A stretch of DNA of 48,338 nucleotides from Candidatus Woesearchaeota archaeon (GTDB taxonomy: Archaea; Nanobdellota; Nanobdellia; Woesearchaeales; DATGWN01): contig JBLINR010000001.1 of the NCBI GenBank assembly GCA_047639395.1, positions 1-48,338 on the forward strand, given 5' to 3'. Below the pieces are notes generated by a model. That model saw only the letters and a program-made list of their open reading frames with translations. It had not been told where the DNA came from and searched no databases. The first letter of the stretch is position 1; each line of letters opens with the position of its first letter. Position numbers and translations under genes: made by a program. Shown here piece after piece: positions 16,716-25,299 of the stretch.

Positions 16716-16970
16716 CTAATAAATAGTGTCATGATGATCTATATCGAGAAAGTATATACTATTCTTATGAATTTCAAAAAGAACAACAAAAGATGATTGA
16801 ATATGAACTCGTCTAATTCCCTGCATTGTACCACGCAACGGTTTAAATCGAGACGGGTTATGCATTATTTGTTCAACTTTACGATCAAGTGCGTATTTGA
16901 ATGTCGGGTTTTTATTACCAATCTTTATTAGTTTTTTTACAAATAGTTTTGAAACTTTTTTCTGATACAC
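16716..16970 (-). CDS. RelE/ParE-family toxin
   Basis: C-terminal RRVHIQSSFVVLFEIHKNSIYFLDIDHHDTIY fits the RelE pattern. The GTG start overlaps the antitoxin stop. Paralog of 47685..47969. Confidence 0.7.
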   Translation of the reverse strand: MYQKKVSKLFVKKLIKIGNKNPTFKYALDRKVEQIMHNPSRFKPLRGTMQGIRRVHIQSSFVVLFEIHKNSIYFLDIDHHDTIY

Positions 16971-17185
16971 TAAAAGTTATCAGCAAATGATCCTTTAATT
17001 GTTTTAAAGGGACCTTTCCGAATATTTTCCAATTTTTTCGCATATTCTTCGGAAATCTCAGGTTCTTCAATCATTGTTTTCATAAAAAATTCAACCTGCT
17101 TGCTCATACTTATCCCGTTTTCCTTACAGTGAGTAGAAAATTTAGTATATGTTTGTTGATCGATATTAAATGATTTAATCGCCAC
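16970..17185 (-). CDS. Ribbon-helix-helix-type antitoxin
   Basis: 71 aa. N-terminal beta-strand/helix pattern KSFNIDQQTYTKFSTHCKENGISMSKQVEFFM. Sits upstream of, and overlaps, the RelE gene. GTG start. Confidence 0.6.
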   Translation of the reverse strand: MAIKSFNIDQQTYTKFSTHCKENGISMSKQVEFFMKTMIEEPEISEEYAKKLENIRKGPFKTIKGSFADNF

Positions 17186-17197
17186 ATTATATAATGT
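17184..17197. promoter_or_regulatory. Palindromic candidate operator of the TA operon
   Basis: Perfect 14-nt palindrome ACATTATATAATGT abutting or overlapping the antitoxin start codon. Confidence 0.4.
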
Positions 17198-17270
17198 TAT
17201 TTAACTTTATATAAAAGTTACTCTTTTCTTTCTGAAACGTATATAAATAGTAAGTGGGTATTATAGAGTT

Positions 17271-17690
17271 ATGAAAACATCAACACTCATTATTATCGTA
17301 GTTGTCGCATTAGTAGTTCTTATACTTCCAGTGTTGCTTTTTATGATAGGGAGCCTAGCATATTTTGGAGCATTGGATCAAACAGATCTTCTTCCTGAGA
17401 GATGTGTTGCAGGAGCAACATTTTCGTGCGTAGATAAAGCCACATATGAATCCACTTCTATGGTACAATTAGAAAACAGCGCTCGAACACCCGTAACCGT
17501 CACAAATGTTTCAGGCACTAATTGTGGCGCATCTATTGAAGGATTACCAAGAACAATGGAAAGTGGTGAGAAATTTAGAATCAGTTTGGATTGTGGCGGG
17601 TTAGTTGAAGATACACTAGAACTCATATATACTCAAACCGGGGGGATTCAAAGATCCGCACCAGTATTAGTATATCTTAAACCAAATTAG
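17271..17690 (+). CDS. Membrane-anchored or secreted small protein, unknown function
   Basis: 139 aa. N-terminal hydrophobic helix (LIIIVVVALVVLILPVLLFMIGSLAYF), then a Cys-containing soluble domain. Confidence 0.45.
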   Translation: MKTSTLIIIVVVALVVLILPVLLFMIGSLAYFGALDQTDLLPERCVAGATFSCVDKATYESTSMVQLENSARTPVTVTNVSGTNCGASIEGLPRTMESGEKFRISLDCGGLVEDTLELIYTQTGGIQRSAPVLVYLKPN

Positions 17691-17741
17691 TTTTCTTTTT
17701 TAGAGAGAACTAATGAAAAAGGTTCTAAATTTTTAATTTTT

Positions 17742-17845
17742 TGTATACTGCGCGTAGAGTTACTGCTCCGTTGATCGCAGGTTTTACGTCAAGTGGCTTG
17801 CACAATCAGCTACTTTTCTGACATTACTACAAGGCGCAGTATACA
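17742..17845 (-). ncRNA. Unclassified structured RNA, copy B (104 nt)
   Basis: Perfect 12-bp closing helix TGTATACTGCGC / GCGCAGTATACA. Its reverse complement aligns with copy A, including the identical 20-mer CTGCGATCAACGGAGCAGTA (17761..17780 here, 14955..14974 in copy A). G:U pairs favour minus-strand transcription. Confidence 0.45.
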
Positions 17846-17885
17846 CTATAGTTACTATTTGTGTGAAATGGACAGTAGGAAAACT

Positions 17886-17894
17886 TTATAAAAG
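17886..17894 (+). promoter_or_regulatory. BRE/TATA promoter (AAACTTTATAAAA) upstream of the rps13 operon leader
   Basis: Consensus-like element ~155 nt upstream of the rps13 ATG, which implies a long leader or a separate small transcript. Confidence 0.45.
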
Positions 17895-17921
17895 GGCCAG
17901 CTCTCCCTGTTAATACAACCG

Positions 17922-17992
17922 CATAATGTCGAGGCTTACGAAGGTAAACTTGGATAATATGAAATCGCGGACAGTACTACCGTGACATTATG
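17922..17992 (+). other. Hairpin element in the rps13 leader (candidate regulatory or small RNA)
   Basis: 9-bp helix CATAATGTC (17922..17930) / GACATTATG (17984..17992) enclosing 53 nt. It starts ~30 nt after the TATA. Confidence 0.3.
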
Positions 17993-18049
17993 GGAAGCAG
18001 TGGCAATTGTTGCCAAGATAGACTTCTCAAATATGTTACGTTCACAAAA

Positions 18050-18517
18050 ATGACAGAACAACCAAAAGTAAAATACATTGTGCGAGTAGCTAATAACGAC
18101 CTTAACGGGAAGAAGCAACTATACATCGCATTACAGAAGATCAAAGGTATCAATGTATCTTTCGCACACGCAATATGTGCATTACTTAACCTTGACAAAC
18201 ACGCAATTACAGGAGCATTAGATGACGCATCAGTTGCTAAAATCGACGCTTTTCTTAAAGAACCAAAAGGGTTACCTGTTTGGATGCTTAATAGACAACG
18301 AGACTATGAAACAAATAAAGATGGTCACTTACTTGCAAGCACTTTAAAATTTACAGTTGAAAATGACGTTAAACGAATGAGTTCAACAAAATCATATGTT
18401 GGATTACGTCACGTATGGCACTTGCCGGTACGGGGACAAAGAAATCAGGCGAATCACCGGCCTACGAAGTCTAAGAATGCTAAGGCTGCAAAACGTGGAA
18501 AAAAGACGGCGGCTTAG
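18050..18517 (+). CDS. rps13: Ribosomal protein S13
   Basis: MTEQPKVKYIVRVANNDLNGKKQLYIALQKIKGIN... and conserved gene order. The start is set at internal ATG 18050. Confidence 0.9.
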   Translation: MTEQPKVKYIVRVANNDLNGKKQLYIALQKIKGINVSFAHAICALLNLDKHAITGALDDASVAKIDAFLKEPKGLPVWMLNRQRDYETNKDGHLLASTLKFTVENDVKRMSSTKSYVGLRHVWHLPVRGQRNQANHRPTKSKNAKAAKRGKKTAA

Positions 18518-18523
18518 AGGAAA

Positions 18524-19288
18524 ATGGGAGATCCAAGAAAACCAAAAAAAATGTACGATACTCCACGACACCCGTGGCAAAAAGCTCGTATTGACGAAGA
18601 AAAGACTATCACTTATGAATTTGGCTTAAAAAATAAAAAAGAAATCCAAAGACATACAACTTTCATCAAAACACTTATTACTCACTTTAAGCGATTGTCT
18701 TATCAAGAAACTGCTCAGGCAGAAATTGAAAAAGATCAATTACAAGCAAAAGTTGTCGCATTAGGATTAATCAAAGCAGATGATCCACTTTCAGCAATTT
18801 TAGACTTAAAAGTACAAGACATTCTTGCTCGAAGATTACAAACAGTTATTGTTAAGAGAAAATTGGCGCGAAGTACAAAACAAGCACGACAATTTATCAC
18901 ACACAAACATATTGTAGTTAACAATCAAATTATAGATTCACCAAGTTTCTTGGTACCAAAAGCATCAGAAAGTGCAATTTCATTTGTTGTAAAATCTCCT
19001 TTATTCCAAGAAGATCATCCAGAACGACATTTGGAACAAAAAGTTGCTGAATTAAAACCAGCAGATGCACCAGCTAAGGAACCAGTTAAAGCTGAAGTTA
19101 AAGCAGCTCCAGTAGTTGAAGAAAAAGTTGTAGAAGCTGTTGAAATTAAAGCAGACGCTGCTGAAGTAGAAGCTGAAGTTAAAAAAGTTGAAGCTAAACC
19201 TGTAGTAGAAGCGGCTAAACTTGAAGAAGTTGAAGCTAAACCTGTAGCAGAACCAGCTAAACCTGTTGTTGAGGAACCGAAAAAATGA
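18524..19288 (+). CDS. rps4: Ribosomal protein S4 with an ~80-aa Ala/Glu/Lys/Val/Pro-rich C-terminal extension
   Basis: [26 protein letters not shown]... plus S4 RNA-binding domain ([33 protein letters not shown]). Tail runs from ~residue 170. Confidence 0.9.
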   Translation: MGDPRKPKKMYDTPRHPWQKARIDEEKTITYEFGLKNKKEIQRHTTFIKTLITHFKRLSYQETAQAEIEKDQLQAKVVALGLIKADDPLSAILDLKVQDILARRLQTVIVKRKLARSTKQARQFITHKHIVVNNQIIDSPSFLVPKASESAISFVVKSPLFQEDHPERHLEQKVAELKPADAPAKEPVKAEVKAAPVVEEKVVEAVEIKADAAEVEAEVKKVEAKPVVEAAKLEEVEAKPVAEPAKPVVEEPKK

Positions 19289-19692
19289 GTGACGAGAAAC
19301 GAAAACCAATCAAATGGGCAGTAGCACATATCTACTCATCATATAACAATACTATCATCCACGTAACTGATGTAACTGGTACGCAAACACTTGCACTTGC
19401 AAGCGGCGGACAAGTTGTAAAGTCACACCGGATGGAATCAAGTCCAACTGCGGCAATGGCTGCAGCTAAAAAAGCATCTGAGATTCTTCTTGAAAAAGGA
19501 ATCACAGGTTTACATGTGCGAATTAAAGCGCCAGGTGGACATACACAAAATACTAGCCCAGGTCCGGGAGCTCAAGCAGCTGTTCGAGCTATTTCACGGA
19601 TGGGTTTACGAGTTGGCATCATTGAAGATGTAACACCAATTCCGCATGATCGTTGTAGAAAACGAGGCGGAAAACGAGGGCGACGAGTATAA
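19285..19692 (+). CDS. rps11: Ribosomal protein S11
   Basis: [25 protein letters not shown]...[30 protein letters not shown]. The start overlaps the rps4 stop (ATGA). Confidence 0.9.
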   Translation: MSDEKRKPIKWAVAHIYSSYNNTIIHVTDVTGTQTLALASGGQVVKSHRMESSPTAAMAAAKKASEILLEKGITGLHVRIKAPGGHTQNTSPGPGAQAAVRAISRMGLRVGIIEDVTPIPHDRCRKRGGKRGRRV

Positions 19693-19693
19693 A

Positions 19694-20389
19694 ATGGAAA
19701 TCAAAAATGTACACACAGCAGAGAACTTGGCAACATTTACGTTGACAAAAACTACGCCTGCATATGTTAATTCATTACGTAGAGCAGTAATCTCTCTTGT
19801 TCCATCACTAGCAATTGAGGATGTACAAATTTATGAAAACAATTCAGCATTATACGATGAAATTGTTGCACTTCGATTAGGATTATTACCACTTACAACT
19901 GATTTGAAAAGTTACGAATTACCTGAAAGCTATGATACAACAACATTTACTGCAGCAAGCAGTGTGAAGTTGTCACTTGAAGCACAAGGTCCATGTACAG
20001 TAACTGCGGATCAACTTGTAACAAAAGATCCAAAAGTAGTATGTGCATTTCCAAAAATGCCAATTGTATTATTACTAAAAGGACAATCAATCAAACTTGA
20101 AGCAACAGCAGTTTTAGGACAAGGAAAAACTCATTACAAATGGGCTCCAGGAACTGCATACTATCAACACGTACCTGTTGTTAACAAAAAAGACGTATTA
20201 CCAAAAGACTTAGCTGAAAAGAAAAGTCAAGAAGTTTTGGACGAAGACGCAACAACAAAAGAAGACGAATTCATTTTTACAATTGAAAGTTGGGGACAAC
20301 TTTCACCAAAAGATATTATGGTTGAAGCATTAACTCAACTAAATACTGAACTAAGTAACATCAGCAAACTAGCTGAGGGATTAAAATAA
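19694..20389 (+). CDS. rpoD: DNA-directed RNA polymerase subunit D
   Basis: From ATG 19694: ATFTLTKTTPAYVNSLRRAVISLVPSLAIEDVQIYENNSALYDEIVALRLGLLPL. Its position after rps11 is the conserved archaeal order. Confidence 0.85.
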   Translation: MEIKNVHTAENLATFTLTKTTPAYVNSLRRAVISLVPSLAIEDVQIYENNSALYDEIVALRLGLLPLTTDLKSYELPESYDTTTFTAASSVKLSLEAQGPCTVTADQLVTKDPKVVCAFPKMPIVLLLKGQSIKLEATAVLGQGKTHYKWAPGTAYYQHVPVVNKKDVLPKDLAEKKSQEVLDEDATTKEDEFIFTIESWGQLSPKDIMVEALTQLNTELSNISKLAEGLK

Positions 20390-20390
20390 A

Positions 20391-20747
20391 ATGTTAGAAC
20401 AAAAACACCCACGCTTGAAAGCATTTATCATTGAACTAGAGCAAGCAGCTAAGAAGTCAAAAGCTCCAATTTGGAAGCGAATGGCAGACGAACTATCAAA
20501 ATCAACTCGTGCACGACGTACAGTTAACATGACAAAATTACAATCTGTTACAAAAGATGGAGACTCCATTATCGTTCCAGGAAAAGTTCTTGCAACAGGA
20601 GTACTCACAAAAAAATTAACAGTTGTTACATACGAAATCAGCGAAGCTGCTAAAGTTAAAATTACTGCAGCAGGCGGGAAAGTGGTATTACTTGCTGAAG
20701 AAGTACAAAAAAATCCTAAGGGATCAAAATTACGGATTATTGGATAA
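20391..20747 (+). CDS. rpl18e: Ribosomal protein L18e
   Basis: KSKAPIWKRMADELSKSTRARRTVNMTKL...IVPGKVLATG and conserved order. Confidence 0.85.
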   Translation: MLEQKHPRLKAFIIELEQAAKKSKAPIWKRMADELSKSTRARRTVNMTKLQSVTKDGDSIIVPGKVLATGVLTKKLTVVTYEISEAAKVKITAAGGKVVLLAEEVQKNPKGSKLRIIG

Positions 20748-20751
20748 GAAA

Positions 20752-21171
20752 ATGATTATTATAGACGCTAAAAATTTAATTGCTGGACGACTTGCAACAC
20801 AAGTCGCTAAGAAAGCACTACATGGTGAAGAAATCGCTATTATTAACGCTGACCTAGCAATTATTGTAGGAGCTAAAAAAACTACACTTGCAAAATTCAA
20901 GCAACGAGATGATCGAGGTGTTCCACTTCGAGGTCCATACATTCCAAAAAGACCACATTTCTTATTACGACGAATTATTCGAGGTATGCTTCCATACAAG
21001 AAAGATAATGGACGACGAGCATTTGAAAACATCAAATGTTACATTGGCGTTCCTGCAGCTTTTGAAGGAAAAGAAACAGTGGTTCTTGAAACTGCTCATC
21101 GAGACACATCTCGAGTATACCAACACCTTACTATTGGACAAATTTCAAAATTCTTAGGTGGTTCACAGTGA
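20752..21171 (+). CDS. rpl13: Ribosomal protein L13
   Basis: From ATG 20752: MIIIDAKNLIAGRLATQVAKKALHGEEIAIINAD...RRIIRGMLPYK. Confidence 0.9.
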   Translation: MIIIDAKNLIAGRLATQVAKKALHGEEIAIINADLAIIVGAKKTTLAKFKQRDDRGVPLRGPYIPKRPHFLLRRIIRGMLPYKKDNGRRAFENIKCYIGVPAAFEGKETVVLETAHRDTSRVYQHLTIGQISKFLGGSQ

Positions 21172-21176
21172 AAATA

Positions 21177-21569
21177 ATGCAAACATCCGGAACACGGAAA
21201 CGATCAGTTGCACGAGCAACAATTAAACCTGGAAAAGGAAGTGTTAAGATTAACAGTATCCCCTTACCATTATTCGAACCAGCGTACTTACGAATGAGAA
21301 TCAGCGAAGCATTACTTCTAGCTGGCAAAGCTTCAGAAACTGTAGATATTGCAGTTCGTGTAGCAGGCGGCGGAATCAATGGACAAGCTGATGCAACTCG
21401 CTTAGCAATTGGCCGAGCAATGGTTGCCTTTAGTAAAGACGATAAAATCAAAACTTCATATTTAGAGTATGACCGAACATTACTTGTTGCCGATGTGCGA
21501 CGAAAGGAAATGTCAAAGCCAAACTGTCGTGGTAAAGCGCGAAGAAAACGGCAAAAGTCATACCGATAG
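21177..21569 (+). CDS. rps9: Ribosomal protein S9
   Basis: MQTSGTRKRSVARATIKPGKGSVKINS...GGGINGQADATRLAIGRAMV...RRKEMSKPNCRGKARRKRQKSYR. An alternative GTG start at 21168 overlaps the rpl13 stop. Confidence 0.9.
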   Translation: MQTSGTRKRSVARATIKPGKGSVKINSIPLPLFEPAYLRMRISEALLLAGKASETVDIAVRVAGGGINGQADATRLAIGRAMVAFSKDDKIKTSYLEYDRTLLVADVRRKEMSKPNCRGKARRKRQKSYR

Positions 21570-21583
21570 AGGAATATAGCAAA

Positions 21584-21781
21584 ATGATGACTCCAATTAG
21601 ATGCCAAAGCTGCGGAAAACCAATCGGACACTTGTGGGCCCAATACGATGAGCGCGCAAAGAAAGGCGAAGATGCACAAAAAGTACTAGATGAATTGGGA
21701 TTAAATCGATTCTGTTGCCGAACATCCATTATTGGACACGTTAACTTAATCGAAGAAGTTGCTAAGTTCAAGAAGTTCTAA
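21584..21781 (+). CDS. rpoN: DNA-directed RNA polymerase subunit N (Rpb10)
   Basis: MMTPIRCQSCGKPIGHLW...LGLNRFCCRTSIIGHV, with the Zn-binding CxxC...CC pattern. Confidence 0.9.
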   Translation: MMTPIRCQSCGKPIGHLWAQYDERAKKGEDAQKVLDELGLNRFCCRTSIIGHVNLIEEVAKFKKF

Positions 21782-22165
21782 ATATTCTTTTACTTTTTTT
21801 ATAATTCTTTTTCCATTATCAAATCTTAAATAGTTCTCAACTTCAGAAAGTGGTACCCATTGGGCTATTGCTATTTCTTTTTCTTGACGGATTATTTTAT
21901 CTGTTTCTACAATCGCAAGAAAATAGTACACTGTTTTATCTACTGCTTTTCCAATATGAAATTTACTTACTTCGCAGAATCCTTTAATAATATTTATATC
22001 GAGTCCAACTTCTTCTTTTACTTCTCGAATCGCAGTTTGTTGAGGTGTCTCTTCAGCCTGAACTCTCCCCTTTGGGAAACTCCAATTATTTGCACGTTTA
22101 TCCTTAATAATAAGAATATTTTTTCCGTGAATAATTATAGCACCACAAGATGTTTGTACTTCCAT
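21746..22165 (-). CDS. NUDIX hydrolase
   Basis: Nudix box GRVQAEETPQQTAIREVKEEVGL. The 3' end overlaps the rpoN 3' end convergently by 36 nt. Confidence 0.8.
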   Translation of the reverse strand: MEVQTSCGAIIIHGKNILIIKDKRANNWSFPKGRVQAEETPQQTAIREVKEEVGLDINIIKGFCEVSKFHIGKAVDKTVYYFLAIVETDKIIRQEKEIAIAQWVPLSEVENYLRFDNGKRIIKKVKEYLELLELSNFFD

Positions 22166-22187
22166 AAATAAACGTATATGCTAATCC

Positions 22188-22196
22188 TTTTAAATA
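22188..22196 (+). promoter_or_regulatory. TATA element of dph5
   Basis: CCTTTTAAATAGG, with the TATA ending 21 nt upstream of ATG 22217. Confidence 0.5.
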
Positions 22197-22216
22197 GGTA
22201 TAGTCTCCTTTTTCTC

Positions 22217-23011
22217 ATGTTAACATTTATTGGATTAGGACTGTATGATAAGACTGATATTTCAGTTAAAGGCCTTGAAGCTATTAAGCAAGCTGATGTT
22301 GTATACGTAGAGCACTACACAGCCGTACTAGGTTGCTCTATTTCTGAATTAGAAGACTTTTATGGTAAAAAGGTAATCGTAGCCGACCGAAATCTTGTTG
22401 AGCAAGGTGTCGAAGATACGGTGCTTAGAGACGCTAAAGAAAAAAACGTAGTATTTTGTGTAGTTGGTGATGTTTTTGGTGCAACAACACATAGTGATTT
22501 ATTCTTACGAGCAAAAAAAGAAGGTATTCGAACTGCTGTTATTCATAACGCATCAATTCTTACTGCTGTTGGCGCAACAGGATTACAATTATATAATTTT
22601 GGAAAGACAACGTCATTAGTTTTCTTTGATGACAATTGGAAACCAGAAAATGCATACGATGTATTAAAGCAAAATAAAGAACAAGGGTTACATACAGTAG
22701 TGTTACTTGATATCAAAGTTGCTGAACCTTCTAAGGAAGACTTACTTGCTGGACGAGATACTCCACAAAAACCACGGTTTATGACAGTAAATCAAGCCAT
22801 ATCACAATTACTTGAATTAGAATCTATTAGAAAAGAAGGGGTATTTTCAAATGACACTGTTTGTATTGGAGTTGCACGAGTGGGTGCAGCTGATCAAAAA
22901 ATACAATCTGGATGTGCAAGTGAAGTACAAAAACAAGACTTTGGAACCCCGATGCATTCTTTAGTTGTGCCTGGAAAAATGCATTATCTTGAAGAAGAAT
23001 TTCTCAAATGA
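22217..23011 (+). CDS. dph5: Diphthine synthase
   Basis: From ATG 22217: MLTFIGLGLYDKTDISVKGLEAIKQADVVYVEHYTA...VVGDVFGATTHSDL...IHNASILTAVGATGLQLYNFGKT. Confidence 0.85.
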   Translation: MLTFIGLGLYDKTDISVKGLEAIKQADVVYVEHYTAVLGCSISELEDFYGKKVIVADRNLVEQGVEDTVLRDAKEKNVVFCVVGDVFGATTHSDLFLRAKKEGIRTAVIHNASILTAVGATGLQLYNFGKTTSLVFFDDNWKPENAYDVLKQNKEQGLHTVVLLDIKVAEPSKEDLLAGRDTPQKPRFMTVNQAISQLLELESIRKEGVFSNDTVCIGVARVGAADQKIQSGCASEVQKQDFGTPMHSLVVPGKMHYLEEEFLK

Positions 23012-23018
23012 ATTTAGC

Positions 23019-23053
23019 AAGCAGATTTGTACGTGATTTTCAGACTGCTTTTT
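23019..23053 (+). terminator. Hairpin plus T-run after dph5
   Basis: AAGCAG (23019..23024) / CTGCTT (23045..23050), running into TTTTT. Confidence 0.35.
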
Positions 23054-23186
23054 CCGGCAAGATTCCAAGTGATCCGCTATTTGTAAATGCGACTCAGCCT
23101 TCTTTTGGTAAGTTAGATGTGGCTTTGCTTGATGACTTAGGAGTTGATTGCCAAATTGATACTCTTGCATAATGTCTGAGTACAGT

Positions 23187-23525
23187 TTATCTAAATGTTT
23201 CAAAAAGAGGTCCTTTTTCTGGTGTTGGCATTCTTATTGTTGAAGTTCTGTATTTGGAATTTATAGTTCCTGTCCAATGTGGTGACGCTAGTGCTGGATC
23301 TCGTTCGTGAGCAATCCAATCAACGGACACTTGATGTTCTGGTGAAAAACTCCATGTGGCTTTTTCGTATGTTCCGTCAACAAGAACATGTCCTTGGATC
23401 TGTGGCATATCAAAAACTTCTTTGGCAAGCTGAGTGATCCAATAGTCAGGAACATCTGCTATTCTTGAAGCGCCATGGCAAGTGTGTAAGAATGCAGTGT
23501 GTGGTAACATTGCGTGCGTGTACAT
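23187..23525 (-). CDS. Hypothetical protein
   Basis: 112-aa ORF. TCHGASRIA and GHVLVDG stretches faintly resemble the Cys/His blocks of 2466..3346. Confidence 0.35.
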   Translation of the reverse strand: MYTHAMLPHTAFLHTCHGASRIADVPDYWITQLAKEVFDMPQIQGHVLVDGTYEKATWSFSPEHQVSVDWIAHERDPALASPHWTGTINSKYRTSTIRMPTPEKGPLFETFR

Positions 23526-23558
23526 TAAAGAAACTCTTGTTGAAACTTATTTATATGC

Positions 23559-24623
23559 TTATTGTAAGTGTGCAGGTAGAAACACTGGTTTCAGATTCAC
23601 ACCTAAAGATGTTAATGTTTTAATTTCTTCTAAATCTTCAACACAAATTTTACCAATGTAAAGCTGACGTATATCGCCGCCTTTTTTTACAAATTGTTTT
23701 ATTTGAAAATAGCCTTTAAGATATAAAATGTCTTTTGTAAATGCTCCTGGTTTACTTGTATCAAGCAATCCTCGTTTTGCTCGTAACGTTAGAATTTTAG
23801 CAGTTTTTGAGGCAAAGAATTTTAGCAAATATTTGTATGTTTCCTTAAACGAGTGTGTCAGTGCATACTCAACAGCAACTACTCGTCCTGCATATGCTCT
23901 CATAATAGAACGACTTGAACATCCTGCCATCTCTTCGTTGTATGATGCTAATCCTTCTTCTGTTGCTAAATAATGAGCAGTTCCATGTTGGAATATTTTG
24001 TATGGCTGTAAACGCCCATTCTCTGCACGTAGTGCATGTGTTCCTAGTTCGTGTACAATTAATCTCTCAACAAATCGTTTTGTGAACCGTGCTTTTTTCT
24101 TAAGAATGAGTGTTCTTGTACTTGGTGAGATAACTGCGCTTGCCATTCGTTGCTGCTTGACAAGTTTCCATTTTAGATTCATTTCTTTAAATGCTTTTTT
24201 TAGCATCTTTTCAGCTGATTTTGCGTCTATTTTTTCAGGAGGAACTTCTTTTTCTAGTTCGAGGATTTTGTAAGCTTTTGTTAAAAGTGTTTTACTTGGT
24301 TTCCCATATATCTTTATGGATTGTTTTGTGAAATTATCATTTGACCTATCTAATAACATCTTAATTTTAGTTATAAGCTCAATTCTTTTTTTATTAAGAA
24401 GTCGTTCAAGCGGTGTGTCTTGTAGTTGTATAACATCAAGTACATGTAAATACTCTTCCCAGACATCTTTGGGATTTTTGTATTCGAATGATGGGTTATG
24501 AATCCGTTTTCTTAACGCTTTTTCAATTGCAGTTAGATTTACGGGCGAAATATTGCTTAAAACCACTGTATCTTCAACAGTATGAAAAAAAGTATCAATA
24601 GCGAGAAGTCTTTTTTGATTCAT
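23559..24623 (-). CDS. DUF1704-type (MATCAP-like) zinc metallocarboxypeptidase
   Basis: HELGTH zinc motif followed by the TEEGLASYNE (QEGLA-type) motif. The 354-aa length is typical of this family. Confidence 0.6.
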   Translation of the reverse strand: MNQKRLLAIDTFFHTVEDTVVLSNISPVNLTAIEKALRKRIHNPSFEYKNPKDVWEEYLHVLDVIQLQDTPLERLLNKKRIELITKIKMLLDRSNDNFTKQSIKIYGKPSKTLLTKAYKILELEKEVPPEKIDAKSAEKMLKKAFKEMNLKWKLVKQQRMASAVISPSTRTLILKKKARFTKRFVERLIVHELGTHALRAENGRLQPYKIFQHGTAHYLATEEGLASYNEEMAGCSSRSIMRAYAGRVVAVEYALTHSFKETYKYLLKFFASKTAKILTLRAKRGLLDTSKPGAFTKDILYLKGYFQIKQFVKKGGDIRQLYIGKICVEDLEEIKTLTSLGVNLKPVFLPAHLQ

Positions 24624-24678
24624 TAGTGTGTTTTGGGCAGTCTCCTTAAAAAAGGTGATGTCTTTTTGTCACGTAACC

Positions 24679-24686
24679 TTTATAAA
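24679..24686 (+). promoter_or_regulatory. BRE/TATA promoter of tRNA-Gln
   Basis: AACCTTTATAAATC, with the TATA ending 26 nt upstream of the tRNA 5' end. Confidence 0.55.
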
Positions 24687-24711
24687 TCGTCTCAGACTTC
24701 CTCGAGAGTAT

Positions 24712-24784
24712 AGCCCCGTAGTGTAGCGGCCAATCATTTCGGATTTTGGTTCCGGAGACCTCGGTTCAAATCCGAGCGGGGCTA
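24712..24784 (+). tRNA. tRNA-Gln (anticodon TTG)
   Basis: Acceptor AGCCCCG/CGGGGCT (A1:U72). Anticodon arm TCGGA-TTTTGGT-TCCGG. T arm CTCGG-TTCAAAT-CCGAG. Discriminator A. Confidence 0.9.
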
Positions 24785-25216
24785 TTTATTATTCTTAGCC
24801 GGTATTTGTGAGTATAATTTTTTTAAACAGTTTTGAATATTTTCAAATTTTAGATACTGTAAGCTTTCTTCATAACTACACCATGCAAAACCGCAGTGCT
24901 CATGAGAACTAATCGGTTCTTGATTCGTTTCTCCTATAAATACTATGAGTCTTCTTGTATTACCAGAAACTGGACTTACATACTCAAAAAAGTCTGTAAG
25001 TGCATTCTCTTTTACATCTTTGAAAAGAACAATTTTTTCTTTTGGGATTTTAATTTCTTCTTCTGCTTCTCTAAAGACAGTCTCTAGGTGTGTTTCTCCA
25101 TTCTCAACATGTCCACCAACTATATCCCATTCAAATTCTGTCGCTAACTTTAAAATAAGAAATTTCTTAGTTTTAGAATGAATTAATATTAACTTGCAAG
25201 ATGTTTCAATTTCCAT
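24782..25216 (-). CDS. NUDIX hydrolase
   Basis: Nudix box GGHVENGETHLETVFREAEEEIKI. The stop codon overlaps the last 3 nt of tRNA-Gln. Confidence 0.75.
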   Translation of the reverse strand: MEIETSCKLILIHSKTKKFLILKLATEFEWDIVGGHVENGETHLETVFREAEEEIKIPKEKIVLFKDVKENALTDFFEYVSPVSGNTRRLIVFIGETNQEPISSHEHCGFAWCSYEESLQYLKFENIQNCLKKLYSQIPAKNNK

Positions 25217-25299
25217 ATGATGAGGAATTACTACATATTTAAAAAATTGTAGCTTGAAACATTGTTATATAATTAAAAAGTTATTTAAGGGGATTTCAT

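Noticed and set aside
19015-19329. Two minus-strand ORFs (104 and 85 aa) of low complexity
   Set aside because: They are antisense to the repetitive rps4 tail and are compositional artefacts.
21131-21771. Minus-strand ORFs of 182 and 107 aa
   Set aside because: They lie entirely antisense to the conserved rps9 and rpoN genes. No motif or promoter.
22961-23203. 80-aa minus-strand ORF between dph5 and the 23187 gene
   Set aside because: It overlaps the dph5 3' end and its hairpin/T-run terminator. No motif. Probably spurious, although a small protein cannot be excluded.
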